Notes: a model not told the origin generated them from the sequence alone. 64,000 nucleotides of DNA from Carcharhinus longimanus (GCA_030264375.1 JASCQW010000142.1:43660096-43724095), one strand, 5' to 3'. Counted from the first letter of the stretch, positions 50,520-63,494 are shown. Numbers and translations are program-made.

Positions 50520-51172
50520 TAGTGGAGAACACACCTCATCTACATCAAGGAATGAAGTGGAAGTGGTCAAGCGCTTCCACTCTTGATGTCGGTGTCCAGA
50601 TCACCAACAACCTGTCCTAATCCCTTAGGTCGAAGCTCTAGTTAAGAAACCCCACCAATACCTCTACTTTCTTAGGAGGTTAAGGACATTTGGTGCGTCC
50701 GCTACAATTCTCACCACCTTTTAAGATGCACCATAGGAAGCATTCTTTCTGGTTGTATCACAGTTTGGTATGGCTCCTGCCCTGTCCAAGACTTCAAGAA
50801 ACTTAAACGCATCCCAGTGCATCCACGCAAACCATCCTCCTATCTACTGACTCGGCAAAGCAGCCAGCATAATTAAGGACTCATGCACCACAGACGTTGT
50901 CTCTTCCACCTTCTTCCGTTGGGAAAAAAGGTACAAAAGTCTGAGGTCATGTGCCAACCGACTCAACAACAGCTTCTTCCCTACTGCTGTCAGACTTTTG
51001 ACTAGACTTAGCTCGCACTAAGTTGATCTTTTTCTGCAGCCTAGCTATGACTGTAACACTACATTCTGCACTCTCTCCTTTCCTTCTCTATAAGCAGTAT
51101 GCTCTCTGTATAGCACGCAAGAAACAATACTTTTCACTGTATACTAATAGATGTGACAATAAATCAAATAAA
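50520..51172 (+). mobile_element. Rex1/Babar-like LINE 3' end
   Basis: cctctactttcttaggaggttaagg (LYFLRRLR), catagg.aagcattctttctggttgtatcacagtttggtatgg (SILSGCITVWYG), and the tail aatacttttcactgtatactaatagatgtgacaataaatcaaat. The tail recurs at 57156-57215. Confidence 0.75.
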
Positions 51173-52740
51173 GCTGAAGAGGAACATTTTATGATTTCCA
51201 TGCTAACTCTGAATATACAGGAAGAAGCGAACACTTTAGAAAAATAACCAACGACACAAACATGAAATTATCCTTGCAAAGTTAACCTCATTCCTGAAGT
51301 TTAGAGTGATTACTTAACAGATTTGTTCTCATCCAAGCTGGCATGCCAAGCATTCACATGATATTGAGACAGTCACAACTGAGTTGGGGGTATTTGGAAT
51401 AAAGGCAAATCTTTCAATAAAAGTAGTAAAGCACTTTTAAATGATACCGTGTCAAACTGCAAACACTTTGAAAAAGATGACAAGACTTCCAAATTGTTAC
51501 TTTTGAAGCGTGCGAAATATTCACTGGCATTTGGATCATAAATTCAAGTGAAATGCCATAAATGTTGTTTTGTAATGCAGAAACAATTCATTGCAGACTT
51601 GTGCTAAAGAATAAGGTATAATTGGAACTTTTAACAAATATATTCTAAAATAATTCTATTCAAAAGGTCTGACAGCACTCGCATTTAGATGGCTGTGTGG
51701 ATTGGCTGAATGCCTGCTCTTTCCTCCATGCCAGAGATCATGGCTTACTCTGGATCGCAAAGCAGGGCACTGAGCAAAGGACGAGATATATTCGGAACAT
51801 TAAGGCTATCGAGCACCGCAATATTCTACTAAATTGTATGCTGGAAATTGAGTCAGATAGATTTCACAATAAAATCAACTGCTGCTTCCTGGGTTGAGGA
51901 CATGGGACGTAAAGCAGATTTCAAATTCATGTGTAGTTAGCATATCAGCAGTTTCAGATACTGAATCTTGGCAAGTGGTCATTCTTTCACAAACAATCAT
52001 AACTCTACAATGCACTGCTAGAACTAGTGGCTAGCTTTAACTCCAAGTGTTGGAGATTGGACTTGATAATAAATGGATTCAAAGACGTCGATGTGCAGCC
52101 CATTATTTTAATTAAAAGAAACTAGTTCAACCCATTTGTTGAAACTTATCTTTCTAATCAAAAGAGTTTTATTTTCTCCAGCTTCAGAATTGAGGGTGGG
52201 TGTGGATTTAAGGCAGCAATATAATACATTGCAATGGAATCAAAGTTAGTGGATTCTTCTGTGTGCTTTTGGAGGTGGAGGACAACATCTAAAGCTCTTG
52301 GCATGTCAGGGCTTCTGGCACAAGTGTAGCAGGGGTATAGACTATGCATGATCAATTCCAGGTTCCCTTTGACAGCTGAGGAGATGGCACCAAAAACATT
52401 GCCCATGAGGCCAGGTGTACACCACCAAAACCCAACTACAGGACTACGGAAACCACCTGATGGGGTTAGCCCACACATGGCAGCTGTTGTTAGCTCCATA
52501 CAGCTTGAGCTCAGAGAACCCAACGGGGAGCTGGGCTCAGAAAACCATTGGAAATGATAGCTCCATGCTCCTAGAGAGTAGGGGCCCAGAGAAATTCTGG
52601 AACAGTTGTCGGCTCATTGGAGCTAGCAGTTGGGGAAAAGTGTAGCCCATGGCGAACCATGATTGTTTGCTCAGCAGAGCTAGATAGTTGGTATCATTTA
52701 AGTGGTGAAATGCTAAGTTGCAACCTGGTCAACCCAACAG

Positions 52741-53420
52741 GATGTGGAGATGCCGGCGTTGGACTGGGATAAACACAGTAAGAAGTCACAACACCAGGTT
52801 AAAGTCCAACAGGTGGTAGCAAAATCCACTAGCTTTTGGAGTGCTGCCCCTTTGTCAGATGAGTGGGAATTCTATTCACAAAAAGAGCATATAAAGACAC
52901 AAACTCAATTTACAAAATAATGATTGGAATTTTTGCAAGTCTTTACAAGTAAAGAAGCCTTAAAGTTACAGACAATGTGAGTGGAGAGCGCGTTAAGCAC
53001 ACATTAAAGAGATGTATATTGTCTCCAGACAGGACAGTTAGTGAGATTTTGCAAGCCCAGGCAAGTTGTTATGGGGGTTACAGATAGTGTGACATGAACC
53101 CAAGATCCTAATTGAGACCGTCCTCGTGTGCGGAACTTGGCTATCAGTCTCTGAACAGCAACTCTTCGCTGTCGTGTGTCGTGAAGGGTGCCTTATAGAA
53201 CGCTTACCCAAAGCTCAGAGGACAAATGCCCGTGACCACTGAAGTGTTCCATAACAGAAAGAGAACAGTCTTGCCTGGTGATTATCCAGTAGTGTTCATT
53301 CATCCGTTGTTGTAGCGTCTGCATGGTCTCCCCAATGTACCATGCCTCAGGACATCCTTTCCTGCCGTGTATTGGGTCGACAACGCTGGCCGAGTTGCAA
53401 GAGAATGCAACCCAACAGGT
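52741..53420 (-). mobile_element. Penelope-like retroelement 3' fragment (family A): GIY-YIG endonuclease pseudogene plus pLTR end with decayed hammerhead
   Basis: Minus-strand SCNSASVVDPIHGRKGCPEAWYIGETMQTLQQRMNEH...HFSGHGH...DGLN.DLGFMSHYL* is a PLE GIY-YIG domain. The terminus contains CTGACAAAGGGGCAGCACTCCAAAAGCTAG. Confidence 0.88.
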
Positions 53421-53870
53421 AGCAGTTTTGGACAAGGTGATTGAGTGGCTGGGAGATAAGCAGTCAGGGAAGTCTGAGCTGGAGTCAGTATTATCTGGCA
53501 ACTTAATGCAAGTCGAAGCAGCGAGAAGGCTTCCAGGCTGAGATGCAGCTGCTGCTTGGGAGATGAGCTGAAATCTCTCATGTAGAAGAGAGAGTTTGAA
53601 AGGATTTTGTGACTCAGTAATCACTGACACATGGGTGGGTTGCTTGATGAGTTTGTAGGATCTGTCTTCATTTTGCCTACGAAATTAGTGAAATTTATGG
53701 TGTTTGACCACTGTTGCGCTGTTAACTCAGATTTACTTCATCTCAATTCTGCATATTATTACAGCACAAGATAAAGCGCTGTTCACATGTTTTTTGCTGT
53801 TCTGTTGTTAAAAAACTTAGTTTGTTTAAATCTTGTTACATTATTCTATTAATGAACACATGGGATTCAG

Positions 53871-54236
53871 GGGAGGCAGTGGCGCAGTGGTATCGTCACT
53901 GGACTAGCAATCCAGAAACCGAGGATAATACTCTGGGGACCAGTTCAAATCCTACCGCAGCGGATGGTGGGTTTCAAATTAAATAAAAGTCTGGAATATA
54001 AACTCCATTGATGACTATGAAACCATTGTTGATTGTTGTAAACACCCACCTGCCTCACTAATGTCCTTTTAAGTAAGGAAATCTGCTGCCCTTACCTGGT
54101 CTGGCATACACTTGACTCCAGAGCCACAGCAACATGGTTGACTCTCACTGCCCTCTGAAATGGAGGGCAGTTAAGGATGGGAATGAATGCTGGCCCAGAC
54201 AGTGATGCTCACATCCCATAAAAATGAATATAAAAG
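53871..54236 (+). mobile_element. tRNA-derived SINE with a LINE-derived 3' tail
   Basis: A-box TGGCGCAGTGG (53880), B-box-like GTTCAAATCC (~53943), and tail gggcagttaaggatgggaatgaatgctggccc...cacatcccataaaaatgaat. Confidence 0.8.
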
Positions 54237-55349
54237 AAATTCAAATTTTATCTACAATAAGTAACTGGTCTGCAACCAAATCTAACAACATGCAAAATTA
54301 GACTTCAAGTCTCTATAACTTCCTTCAGTCCTACTACCACTGCCACCACATCCCCTCCACATCTAACACCTCTAGTTCTCCAATATCGATCTCTTGGATA
54401 GCCCCAATTACACTGTCATATCATTGGCAACTGTGCTTTCTCCTAACCCAAGGCTCAAAGCTCTAAATTTCCCTTTTTAAAACTCTAAGATACTTGGTCA
54501 AAATGCTCTTTTGACCAAGCTTTTGGTCTGCCTTTTACATGGCTTGGTGACCAATTCCGTCAGATCATGTGGTTTCATCCTTCTACCCTTCAAGAAGCTC
54601 TGTATACCTCCTGCATCTTCATTCCTTCAAAAATACTCCAACAGCAGGTCCCCTGATACTCTAACTTGAAACAGCTTCCGATTTTCACTGTCTCCAAATA
54701 CAGATAACAGCTCCTTGATATTGTATGCCCAGCCCAGTACATAGCCATCATAGTCATGTCCTCATCACCAGATATACCCTGGACATTGCTCTTTACTCCC
54801 CGAACTTTGATCTTTGAACAACTCACCTTGTTCCATCCCTCTCATGTTTCTCCCAAAATCACCCTTGGGTGGGATTCAAACATGGGAGTTCTTTGAAAAC
54901 AAGGGTCGGATTTGGAAAGTGACAATGACCAAGTATTTTAGAGAAGAAAGGGACATTGGAGATCAGGTAGTCATTTACAAGATACAGGGATCAATAGTTG
55001 AGTGCACAACAGGGGTGATGACAGCACATTAAAAGGAAAGCCAAAAACACCCAGTGAGAGAATCATTTACACTATTAACACTGGGGGGGCCAGGAGGTCA
55101 AGTTCTGTTTAAATTTTCCTTTCGTGTTAATAACTTTTATCATTTTTAAAATCCCAGAAGTGTTATTTGAACTCTATGCTTCTGAGATCAATTCCTCCTC
55201 ATTTTCAGAATGCAAAAAGATTATTTTGTGTGCAGGAAGACAATTTTCCTTCTGCAATTTAGCTTCCTTAGCAAATAATGTGTGCTGTAGTCATGACATG
55301 ATTCTTATCTATCCAATTACCATCAGAGAATAATTTTCAATCATCAGAA

Positions 55350-55578
55350 GTAAAATAGCGTGGATACTGGAATCTGAAACAAAACATAGAAAATGCTGCA
55401 AAATCTCAGCAGGTCTGACAGCATCTGTGGAGAGAGAATAGAGCCAACACTCGTCAGGATGACCCCTCTTCAGAACAGGACGAAGCTCTGATCAAGGGTC
55501 ATTCTTACTTGAAACGTTTACTTCTTTCTCTCTCCATGGATGCTGTCAGACCTGCTGAGATTGTGCAGCATTTTCTGA
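55350..55578. mobile_element. Palindromic non-autonomous Penelope-like element (family B)
   Basis: 55388-55476 and 55485-55576 are inverted arms (agaaaatgctgcaaaatctcagcaggtctgacagcatc / gatgctgtcagacctgctgagattgtgcagcattttct), each with a CTGAnnA core at the centre. Confidence 0.8.
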
Positions 55579-55599
55579 ACTTGCAAATGCTTCTTCTCT

Positions 55600-55910
55600 C
55601 CCTGCTCCCTTACTTCCTCTATCCCGAGGATTGATGCATGGCCTCCTCCTGTTTCTCAGCTACATGCTGCCCCTTGGCAAATCCATTTGAAGGCACAGCA
55701 TTAGTCTTCACACGTACATTGACAACACCTAACTCTATCTCACTGCCACCTTTCTCAACTCCACCACTGTTGCTAAACTATCAAACTCTGCTTATCTGAC
55801 ATTCAATACTGAATTAGATGTTTTACAATCAAACATTGGCGAAGAAAGACACCACTGCTTTCGGTCCTGCTCCAAACTCTGTTCCCCAGCTAGTAGTCCC
55901 ATCCTTCTAC
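55600..55910 (+). mobile_element. L2-clade LINE RT fragment
   Basis: ggcctcctcctgtttctcagctacatgctgccccttggc (GLLLFLSYMLPLG) and cacacgtacattgacaacacctaactcta (decayed H.YADDTQLY). Confidence 0.65.
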
Positions 55911-55914
55911 TCAG

Positions 55915-56185
55915 AAGCAAGGCAGCACTGTTGCCTCACATCGCCATGGATCTGAGTTCAATTCCTGGCTTGGGTCACATGGATTCTGCACGTTTTCCCT
56001 CCTTCTGCATGGGTTTCCTTTGGGTGCTCTGGTTTCCCCTCATAATCCGAAAGATGTGCTGGTTAGGTACATTGGCCATCCTAAATTCTATCTCAGTGAA
56101 CTCGAATAGGTGCCAGAGTGTGGTGACTGGGGGATTTTCACAGTAACACTGTTGCAGTGTTAACTTAAGTCTACTTCTGACTAAT
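55915..56185 (+). mobile_element. HE1-like V-SINE variant with a different tail
   Basis: cactgttgcctcacatcgccatggatctgagttcaattcctggcttgggtcac...gggtgctctggtttcc, with tail ctaataaataaactttaaacttt. Confidence 0.75.
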
Positions 56186-58861
56186 AAATAAACTTTAAAC
56201 TTTCAATTGATTCAGATTCTTGGCATCACATGACTCCAAGATGCATATCTAACCTCATTTTTGCACCACTGGTAAGACTGTTTATTTTCTCATTTTTGGA
56301 GGCCTCTACACTCCAATATCATGTAATCTGAATATGANNNNNNNNNNNNNNNNNNNNNNNNNNNNNNNNNNNNNNNNNNNNNNNNNNNNNNNNNNNNNNN
56401 NNNNNNNNNNNNNNNNNNNNNNNNNNNNNNNNNNNNNNNNNNNNNNNNNNNNNNNNNNNNNNNNNNNNNNNNNNNNNNNNNNNNNNNNNNNNNNNNNNNN
56501 NNNNNNNNNNNNNNNNNNNNNNNNNNNNNNNNNNNNNNNNNNNNNNNNNNNNNNNNNNNNNNNNNNNNNNNNNNNNNNNNNNNNNNNNNNNNNNNNNNNN
56601 NNNNNNNNNNNNNNNNNNNNNNNNNNNNNNNNNNNNNNNNNNNNNNNNNNNNNNNNNNNNNNNNNNNNNNNNNNNNNNNNNNNNNNNNNNNNNNNNNNNN
56701 NNNNNNNNNNNNNNNNNNNNNNNNNNNNNNNNNNNNNNNNNNNNNNNNNNNNNNNNNNNNNNNNNNNNNNNNNNNNNNNNNNNNNNNNNNNNNNNNNNNN
56801 NNNNNNNNNNNNNNNNNNNNNNNNNNNNNNNNNNNNNNNNNNNNNNNNNNNNNNNNNNNNNNNNNNNNNNNNNNNNNNNNNNNNNNNNNNNNNNNNNNNN
56901 NNNNNNNNNNNNNNNNNNNNNNNNNNNNNNNNNNNNNNNNNNNNNNNNNNNNNNNNNNNNNNNNNNNNNNNNNNNNNNNNNNNNNNNNNNNNNNNNNNNN
57001 NNNNNNNNNNNNNNNNNNNNNNNNNNNNNNNNNNNNNNNNNNNNNNNNNNNNNNNNNNNNNNNNNNNNNNNNNNNNNNNNNNNNNNNNNNNNNNNNNNNN
57101 NNNNNNNNNNNNNNNNNNNNNNNNNNNNNNNNNNNNNNNNNNNNNNNNNNNNNNNCATGCAAGAAATAATACTTTTCACTGTACATTAAGACATGTGACA
57201 AGAATAAATAAAATCTGAACGCTCCCCATCTACCATACGTGCTTATTTTCTCTCCTGTGGGAGTAGCTGGGACATTTAAACCTACTGGAACATTGCAGGT
57301 AGTGCTGGACAAAGGGGGCGTGTCTTCACTTCATCCAAAAATCTTATGGGCTTGAAGAGCAGCTGCGCTACATATCTCACAGCAGGTCCAGATTGGACTT
57401 CCAGGCAAGAAACGAGAAGCTAAGGCAAGTAAAAAAGGAGCAAATAGCAATCCAACAGTGATTGCCACTCCATGGAAAATTCAGCCTACAGTGGCAGAAA
57501 AATGTGGGGCAAGACTATTAACTGACATTTCCTATTCTACCAATCATTCTCAAAATGGAAAACTTAGGAATTTGGAACCTCAGTTATGACTGAAATACTA
57601 CGAAATACACAATTCTGGTGATACTATGGATTGCCTTTGATTTATTGGATGGCAGAGTCAGGCAGAAAAAGCAAATCACTCAAACATGTTGAAGGGTGGA
57701 AAATTTTAATTTATTCCCATGGCACCACTGATTGAATTATCCCAGCCATCTTGAACACAACATAACATCCAGGACAAGAAATCAGAAGTATATTTAAGAC
57801 CAAATCCAAAACAGTATTAAGCAAGCATCACACAGCATAACAAAAAGAAGAATATTCCTCCTCAGTTAACATGTGAAAAAATTGATATTAGGCTCTAGTA
57901 TCTTAGCCTTAAACATATTATCCAACGTGGACCTCTGCCATACATATTAGAAGGTCCCAGGTTTGATCACATAACCTGCGCCAAGTTATCTATTCTCAGT
58001 CAATATGGCAGTTGAGTTTAACGATTGGCCTCAGCATTCAGAACTAAGAAGAAAAAGGAAAACAAACAAAACAAAGCTGCGATTTGATTTGAGAACATTT
58101 TTGCAGTGGCATATCAGCATCAGACTGCATTTAAGAGGAAATTGTCTATTAGGCTGGATTGACAAATTAGAATGGGCAAAAGAAAGAGGAAAAGCTTGGC
58201 ACATATGTTATAACAGTTCGCCATTATCCCGGTCCTTCGGTACCAGTTCGATAACAACTTGTATAGCACCATTAATGTAATGAAACATCCCAAAGTGCTT
58301 TCCATGTGGGATAATTGGCTTGTCCTGCCCCTTGATGTTGAATTTTCTGGCAGATGGTCTCCATGCTGTTGAGCTCAGCACAATGAAATACCTTGTTTGT
58401 GATTTTGTTCTGCCATCAAAATCACATTGATGGACCTTAGGTGTCTTTGGCTGTTTTNNNNNNNNNNNNNNNNNNNNNNNNNNNNNNNNNNNNNNNNNNN
58501 NNNNNNNNNNNNNNNNNNNNNNNNNNNNNNNNNNNNNNNNNNNNNNNNNNNNNNNNNGGTGTCTTTGGCTGTTTTAAAGCTTTGAAGTTGCACCTGTAGC
58601 AGCCATAGATCCTGCTCCATACAGCATGTACTAACTGCAATGGTCTGGCACAGTTACTTCTTAAACAGTACATGAAACTTAGGCAAAAAAAACTTGGGGC
58701 TGCAAAGTAGTACAGGTCCATAGAAAAAAACTTAACAGTCTTTCATGAGCTTAGTACATCCTCAAGCACTTTACAACAAACTTTCTCAGGGCAGTCATTG
58801 TTGTTGCATCGAACATCCTTGCACTGTGCATGGCCTATTTGTTGAACTGCAATATTCCTTT

Positions 58862-59012
58862 AAGACATAGAACATTACAGCGCAGTACAGGCCTTTCAGC
58901 CCTTGATGTTGCGCCAACCTGTGAAACCAATCTAAAACCCATCTAACCTACACTATTCTAATATCATCCATATGTTTATCCAATGACCATTTAAGTGCCC
59001 TTAATGTTGGCA
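58862..59012 (-). mobile_element. CR1 LINE extreme 3' end
   Basis: agaacattacagcgcagtacaggcctttcagcccttgatgttgcgcc tail. Confidence 0.7.
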
Positions 59013-59459
59013 CTGCCATGGTACATGTTAAAAGGACCGCTTCGTGTACATGGGCAGTTTTCAGCTGCACCACAAGTTCTGGGATGCAGTGCAGCTGGGA
59101 AGTTGCAAGGGAAAGTTGTTAATTATGCATTCATCAGCAGCATTCTGTCTAGTAAGACAATGGTTTACTCTGTGCTGGTCAACTCTTGGCCCAGCAGCAC
59201 TATTCTGGCACAAGAGTTTGCCACAAGACAGTGGGCCAAGGTAGTACTGGCTGCCATTTCCTCCAGGCCTCCTCTCAGCTAGATGAGTTTTTCATTTCTG
59301 CTCACCTCCAAACCGAACCACCAGAGGTCATAGTCATCTCCCAATTGTAAAGTTCAATATCCATCACCTTCACATCAAACTTGCAATGTCCTTGTAGTTG
59401 AAGTACGAACATTTAGGACAGTTTTAGATTTTGCGGCCACAATAAAACCCCTATAACTT

Positions 59460-59760
59460 TGAAGAAGCCATTTGGCCCATCAAGCCTGCACCAACAGTAA
59501 CCCTACCTAGACCCTATCCCTGTAAACCAAAGTATTTACCCTGTTAGTTCCCCTGACGCCACGGGGCAACTTAGCATGGCCAATAAACCTTACCTGCACA
59601 TCCCTGGAGCATGGAAGGAAATCTGAGCACCCAGAGGAAACCCTCACAGACAGGGGAAGAATGAGCAAAGTCCACACAGACAATGACCCAAGGCTGGAAC
59701 TAAATCCAGGTCCCTGGTGCCAAGACGCAACAGCATTAACCACTGTGTCACCATGTCACC
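59460..59760 (-). mobile_element. HE1-like V-SINE
   Basis: Reverse of gacacagtggttaatgctg...ccagggacctggattta...cctctgggtgctcagatttccttcc...ggccatgctaagttgcccc. Confidence 0.85.
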
Positions 59761-59879
59761 CAGAATCATCTATCTGACGAACATGGCTGAGCCAGTGTCG
59801 ATATCATTGCTGAACCAATGATTCTTTGCCAACAAATTGACTCACCACAGGACCTCTTGAATTAATCAAGAGAATATCG

Positions 59880-60245
59880 ATAGTTAACAACACAACAGAG
59901 CACAAGAGCCCATAAAGAGCAATTTGGTAACGATCAGATTTCTGTGCTGAACTGTCGTTGAAGAATAAATACTGGCCAGATTATTAGTTCCTCTACAAAA
60001 CAGGTTTTCACATTACAAGTGGCTGGACTTTAAAATAACTTAATGGACTGTTAAGCACTTTGGACATCTGGTGTTGACAAAAAACACTTATGAATATAAG
60101 TCTTTCTTTAAAGGGAATATTTCATGTTCACCTGAAGGAGCCTTAGCTAATTTCTTATCCAAAAGACCTTCATTAGCGCAGCTCACATTCAGTACTGTAA
60201 TCAAGTGTCAGCCTGGATTTTGTTTTCAAGACTCAAACACGAACC
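59880..60245 (-). mobile_element. Degenerate Deu-domain SINE with a nested opposite-strand tail fragment
   Basis: Minus strand ccaggctgacacttgattacagtactgaatgtgagctgcgct...gtcttttggataaga...caggtgaacatgaaata resembles the Deu core. Confidence 0.5.
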
Positions 60246-61194
60246 ACAATTGCTTATTTTTTCATATACAAACATTCTGTCAATCCATTCTCAACAGGAA
60301 ATATTTTGGCTTGTTTTGTCCATTACTTCTGATTTAATAGCAGGAACAAGTGAGTTGTGCTCTCGTCTCACCAACAATTTCAATCACAAATTGGCAGAGA
60401 ACAGCTGTCAAGATCAGATAGTGCCATCGTGGGCTAAGATACTTCAATAAAGCAAAACATATTGATCACTGGCATTCTGGCAATGAGAGCTGGCACAGCA
60501 GTGGAGTTAAAATTGATACATCATGCTCCCAGTCTCCAAAAGTCAATGTTTTTATTGGGGCAGAAATAGGACAATGATCTGTTATTTATAGAGTTTTTGA
60601 TGACGAAACGTCCTCTGAATCTGACTCATGAGTCAGCAGTCCCTCAAGCATAAATTGATGCAGAAATTCTTAAATTGCAATCTGTCATTCAATGTTCTGC
60701 CACAGGCTGTACTACAAACAACTCCACAACCCTGGAGCCAGCAATCAGCAAAATCAATTATCTGATAGGAACCTCCCTGTTAGGCTTGCGTATCTCCATA
60801 AAAGATCAAAATTATTCACCGAGATGCATTTTTAATAAGGATCCAAGTAATAACTAACAAACACAAATGTGGGTCCAAGTAGTACTTGGAATGTTGTTAA
60901 AATATCTTCATCATAATAGTTCATAAATTTTTAACCCCTTATTAAAATAATTAATTTCTTTTCAGAGTTTATTCATATTTCATCCGAGGTGTATTCTCAG
61001 GTGCATGCCCCAATCTGTGTTTCACTCTTTAAAATTTGTTGAAGTGATTTTATTAGTGCTTTTCATTTCATAATTGCACATGGGAATTCTTTAATGTATT
61101 TGACTGCTTGGACATCTCCATGACATCAATGCAGCTCAACTCTGGAAATCCCGATGAAAGAAAGCTGCTGCTAAATACGCAAAGAATTAAAAGT

Positions 61195-61483
61195 TGTCAC
61201 CAGAGGCCGATGGATCTCTCCTTCTAACACATGATAAGTACCCTGTATGGAGTTTGCACTTTCTCCCAGTGTCTGCATGGATTTCCTCTGGGTGCTCCAG
61301 TTTCCTCCCACAGTCCAAAGATGTGCAGGTTAGGTTGACTGGCCGTGCTAAATTGACTCGAGTGTGTCAGGGAGATTAGTGGGGTAAATGTGTGGGGTTG
61401 CGAGAATAGGGCCTGGGTGGGACTGTAGTTGGTACAGACTCGTGGACCAAATGGCCTCCTCCTGTGCTGTAGTGATTCTATGA
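61195..61483 (+). mobile_element. HE1-like V-SINE
   Basis: ggagtttgcactttctcccagtgtctgcatggatttcctctgggtgctccagtttcctcccacagtccaaagatgtgcaggttagg... with tail gattctatgat. Confidence 0.88.
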
Positions 61484-61699
61484 TCTTGGCTTCGCCACTG
61501 ACTGCAAAATCCAGATTTTTATAAACACAAGAACTCTCCTCACTTTTAGAAGCTATACAATGCAGATCATACTATATGTAACACAAAGGTAGTAATCACC
61601 ACAAAGCCTATTAGCAAAACAAATACAGAATTATAGTACAATCCTTGAGAAGGAATCTGAAAACATCTTTATCCAAATGGGGGAGGGTCCAAGAAAGCA

Positions 61700-62690
61700 A
61701 TGCTCAACCCTCAGCTCACCAGTCTCTTCAACTTATTAAAAGATCAGTTTCCTCAGAACTCCCTCCTTTTCAAATCTGCTGTCACCAGCCCTCAACTCAA
61801 TAAAACTCACCCTTGATTCCTGGCCTTGCAAACTACTGTTCCATCTTCAACTCTCTCTTTTCCTAAGTTCTGAATGTGTTACCACCATCAAAATCCACAA
61901 GCGCCTTTCCAAAAACTTCCATGTTTGAATCCCTCCAAACAGATTTTCACCCTTGCAACTGCGAGACAGCAAAGTCACATATAGCACCCTGAGACTGTGG
62001 TGAAATATTTCTCCTCATCCTTTGCTGTTTGACTGCAACTTTGATATAGTTGACCATGTCCCTTGAATACCTCTCCATCGTTCAGCAGGTGAGACTGCAC
62101 TAGTCTTTCTCAATTCTTCACTGATCCAAAAAAAATCACATACAATCACTTCTATACCACTATGTCCGGTGCTCCCCATGGTCTGATCTTGAGCCATACC
62201 AATTTCTCAGTTACCTTCTCTCAACATAATCCAAAAACTTGCCAGGCTCCATGGGTACATCAATGATTCGCAACTCTACGTCATGATCACCACCACCTCT
62301 CTCAAAGACTACTACTTTTTTTTGTCATGTTGCTTATTCAACATCCAACACTGGTAAATACTGGGCAGCCTGAAAACAAGTCTTTAGTCCCTGCACAAAT
62401 TCCATTCCTCCTGAACCAGATCACTCCCAACTTGGGTATCCTGACTGACCTCAAATATGTGATCTGACTTCAGACTACATAGCTGCTCCAAAAGCAAGGC
62501 CTCCTACCTTCATCTCAAATCACTTAGTGGTTTCCAGTCCAGTGTGGGCTTGAATTTAAAATTTTCATCCTTGTTTTCAAATCACTCAGTGCTGCCCAAA
62601 TCCTTCAGCTCTACAAATCACAGATCCCTAAGGTCCTCCAATTCAGTCTCTTGCACATCCCTAATTTTAAATCACTCTACTATTAATGCC
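61700..62690 (+). mobile_element. Degenerate L2-clade LINE ORF2
   Basis: aactactgttccatcttcaactctctctttttcctaag (decayed NYRPISNL), gcaactttgatatagttgaccat (FD.VDH), ggtgctccccatggtctgatcttgag (decayed GVPQGS.LG). Confidence 0.6.
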
Positions 62691-63316
62691 CTGAGTGTTA
62701 TCATTGATCAGAAATTGAACTGGACTAGCCATACAAATACTGTGGTGGATACTAAAAGCAGATCAGAGGCTCGGAATCTTGCCATACATGTCCTGACTTC
62801 TGAAAGTTGGTCAAAGCACAAGTTAGGAGTGTGATGGAATACTCTCCACTTTTCTGGATGACTGCAGCTCCAACAACACCAAAGAAGCTTGACACCATCC
62901 AAGACAAAGCAGCTCACTATTAGGACTCTTTCCAGAAACATTCACTCCTCCCCCATCACCGATGAACACTAACAGCAGTGTATAGCATCTACACGATGTA
63001 CTGCAGGAACTCACCAAGGTTTCTTAGGCAGCACCTTTCAAACCCATGACCCCTATCATCTAGAAGGGAAAGGACATCAGAAACCTGGAGGTTCCCCTTT
63101 AAGTTTCTCACCATCCTGATTTGGAAATATATCTTTGTCTCTTCATTGTCACTAAGTCAAACTCTTAAAACTCTCCCCATAACAGCAGGGTGTGTATATC
63201 TAAACCTCAAGGACTGTTCAAGAACACAGCTCACCACAATCTTCGAGCGCAATTAGGAATGGGCAATAAATGCTATGCTCACCAGCAAAGCCCTTATCCC
63301 ATAAATGAATTTTAAA
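62690..63316 (+). mobile_element. CR1/L2-group LINE 3' end sharing its tail with the SINE at 53871
   Basis: gtgatggaatactctccactt..ctggatg...aagaagcttgacaccatccaagacaaagcag (VMEYSPL.W...KKLDTIQDKA) and tail gcaattaggaatgggcaataaatgct...atcccataaatgaat. Confidence 0.75.
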
Positions 63317-63494
63317 AAGCTACTGGCTGCTGTAGCCAAATGCACATTGATTCCAAGTTTGGAAATGCCATTTTTCGATCTTATTTGCTCTCTTCCTTTA
63401 AGATGCTCCTTAATAGTGTTGTTGATCTCAGCATACAAGATAACCTGACATATAACACAACTTTTGAGCCCCGAAAATTATGGTGCTGCATTTA

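Noticed and set aside
53871-53960. tRNA-like A and B boxes (also in HE1-like SINE heads)
   Set aside because: These are SINE heads with no cloverleaf or anticodon arm, not tRNA genes.
58440-58575. Exact 18-bp direct repeat ggtgtctttggctgtttt flanking a 100-N gap
   Set aside because: Most likely overlapping contig ends around a placeholder gap, not a target-site duplication.
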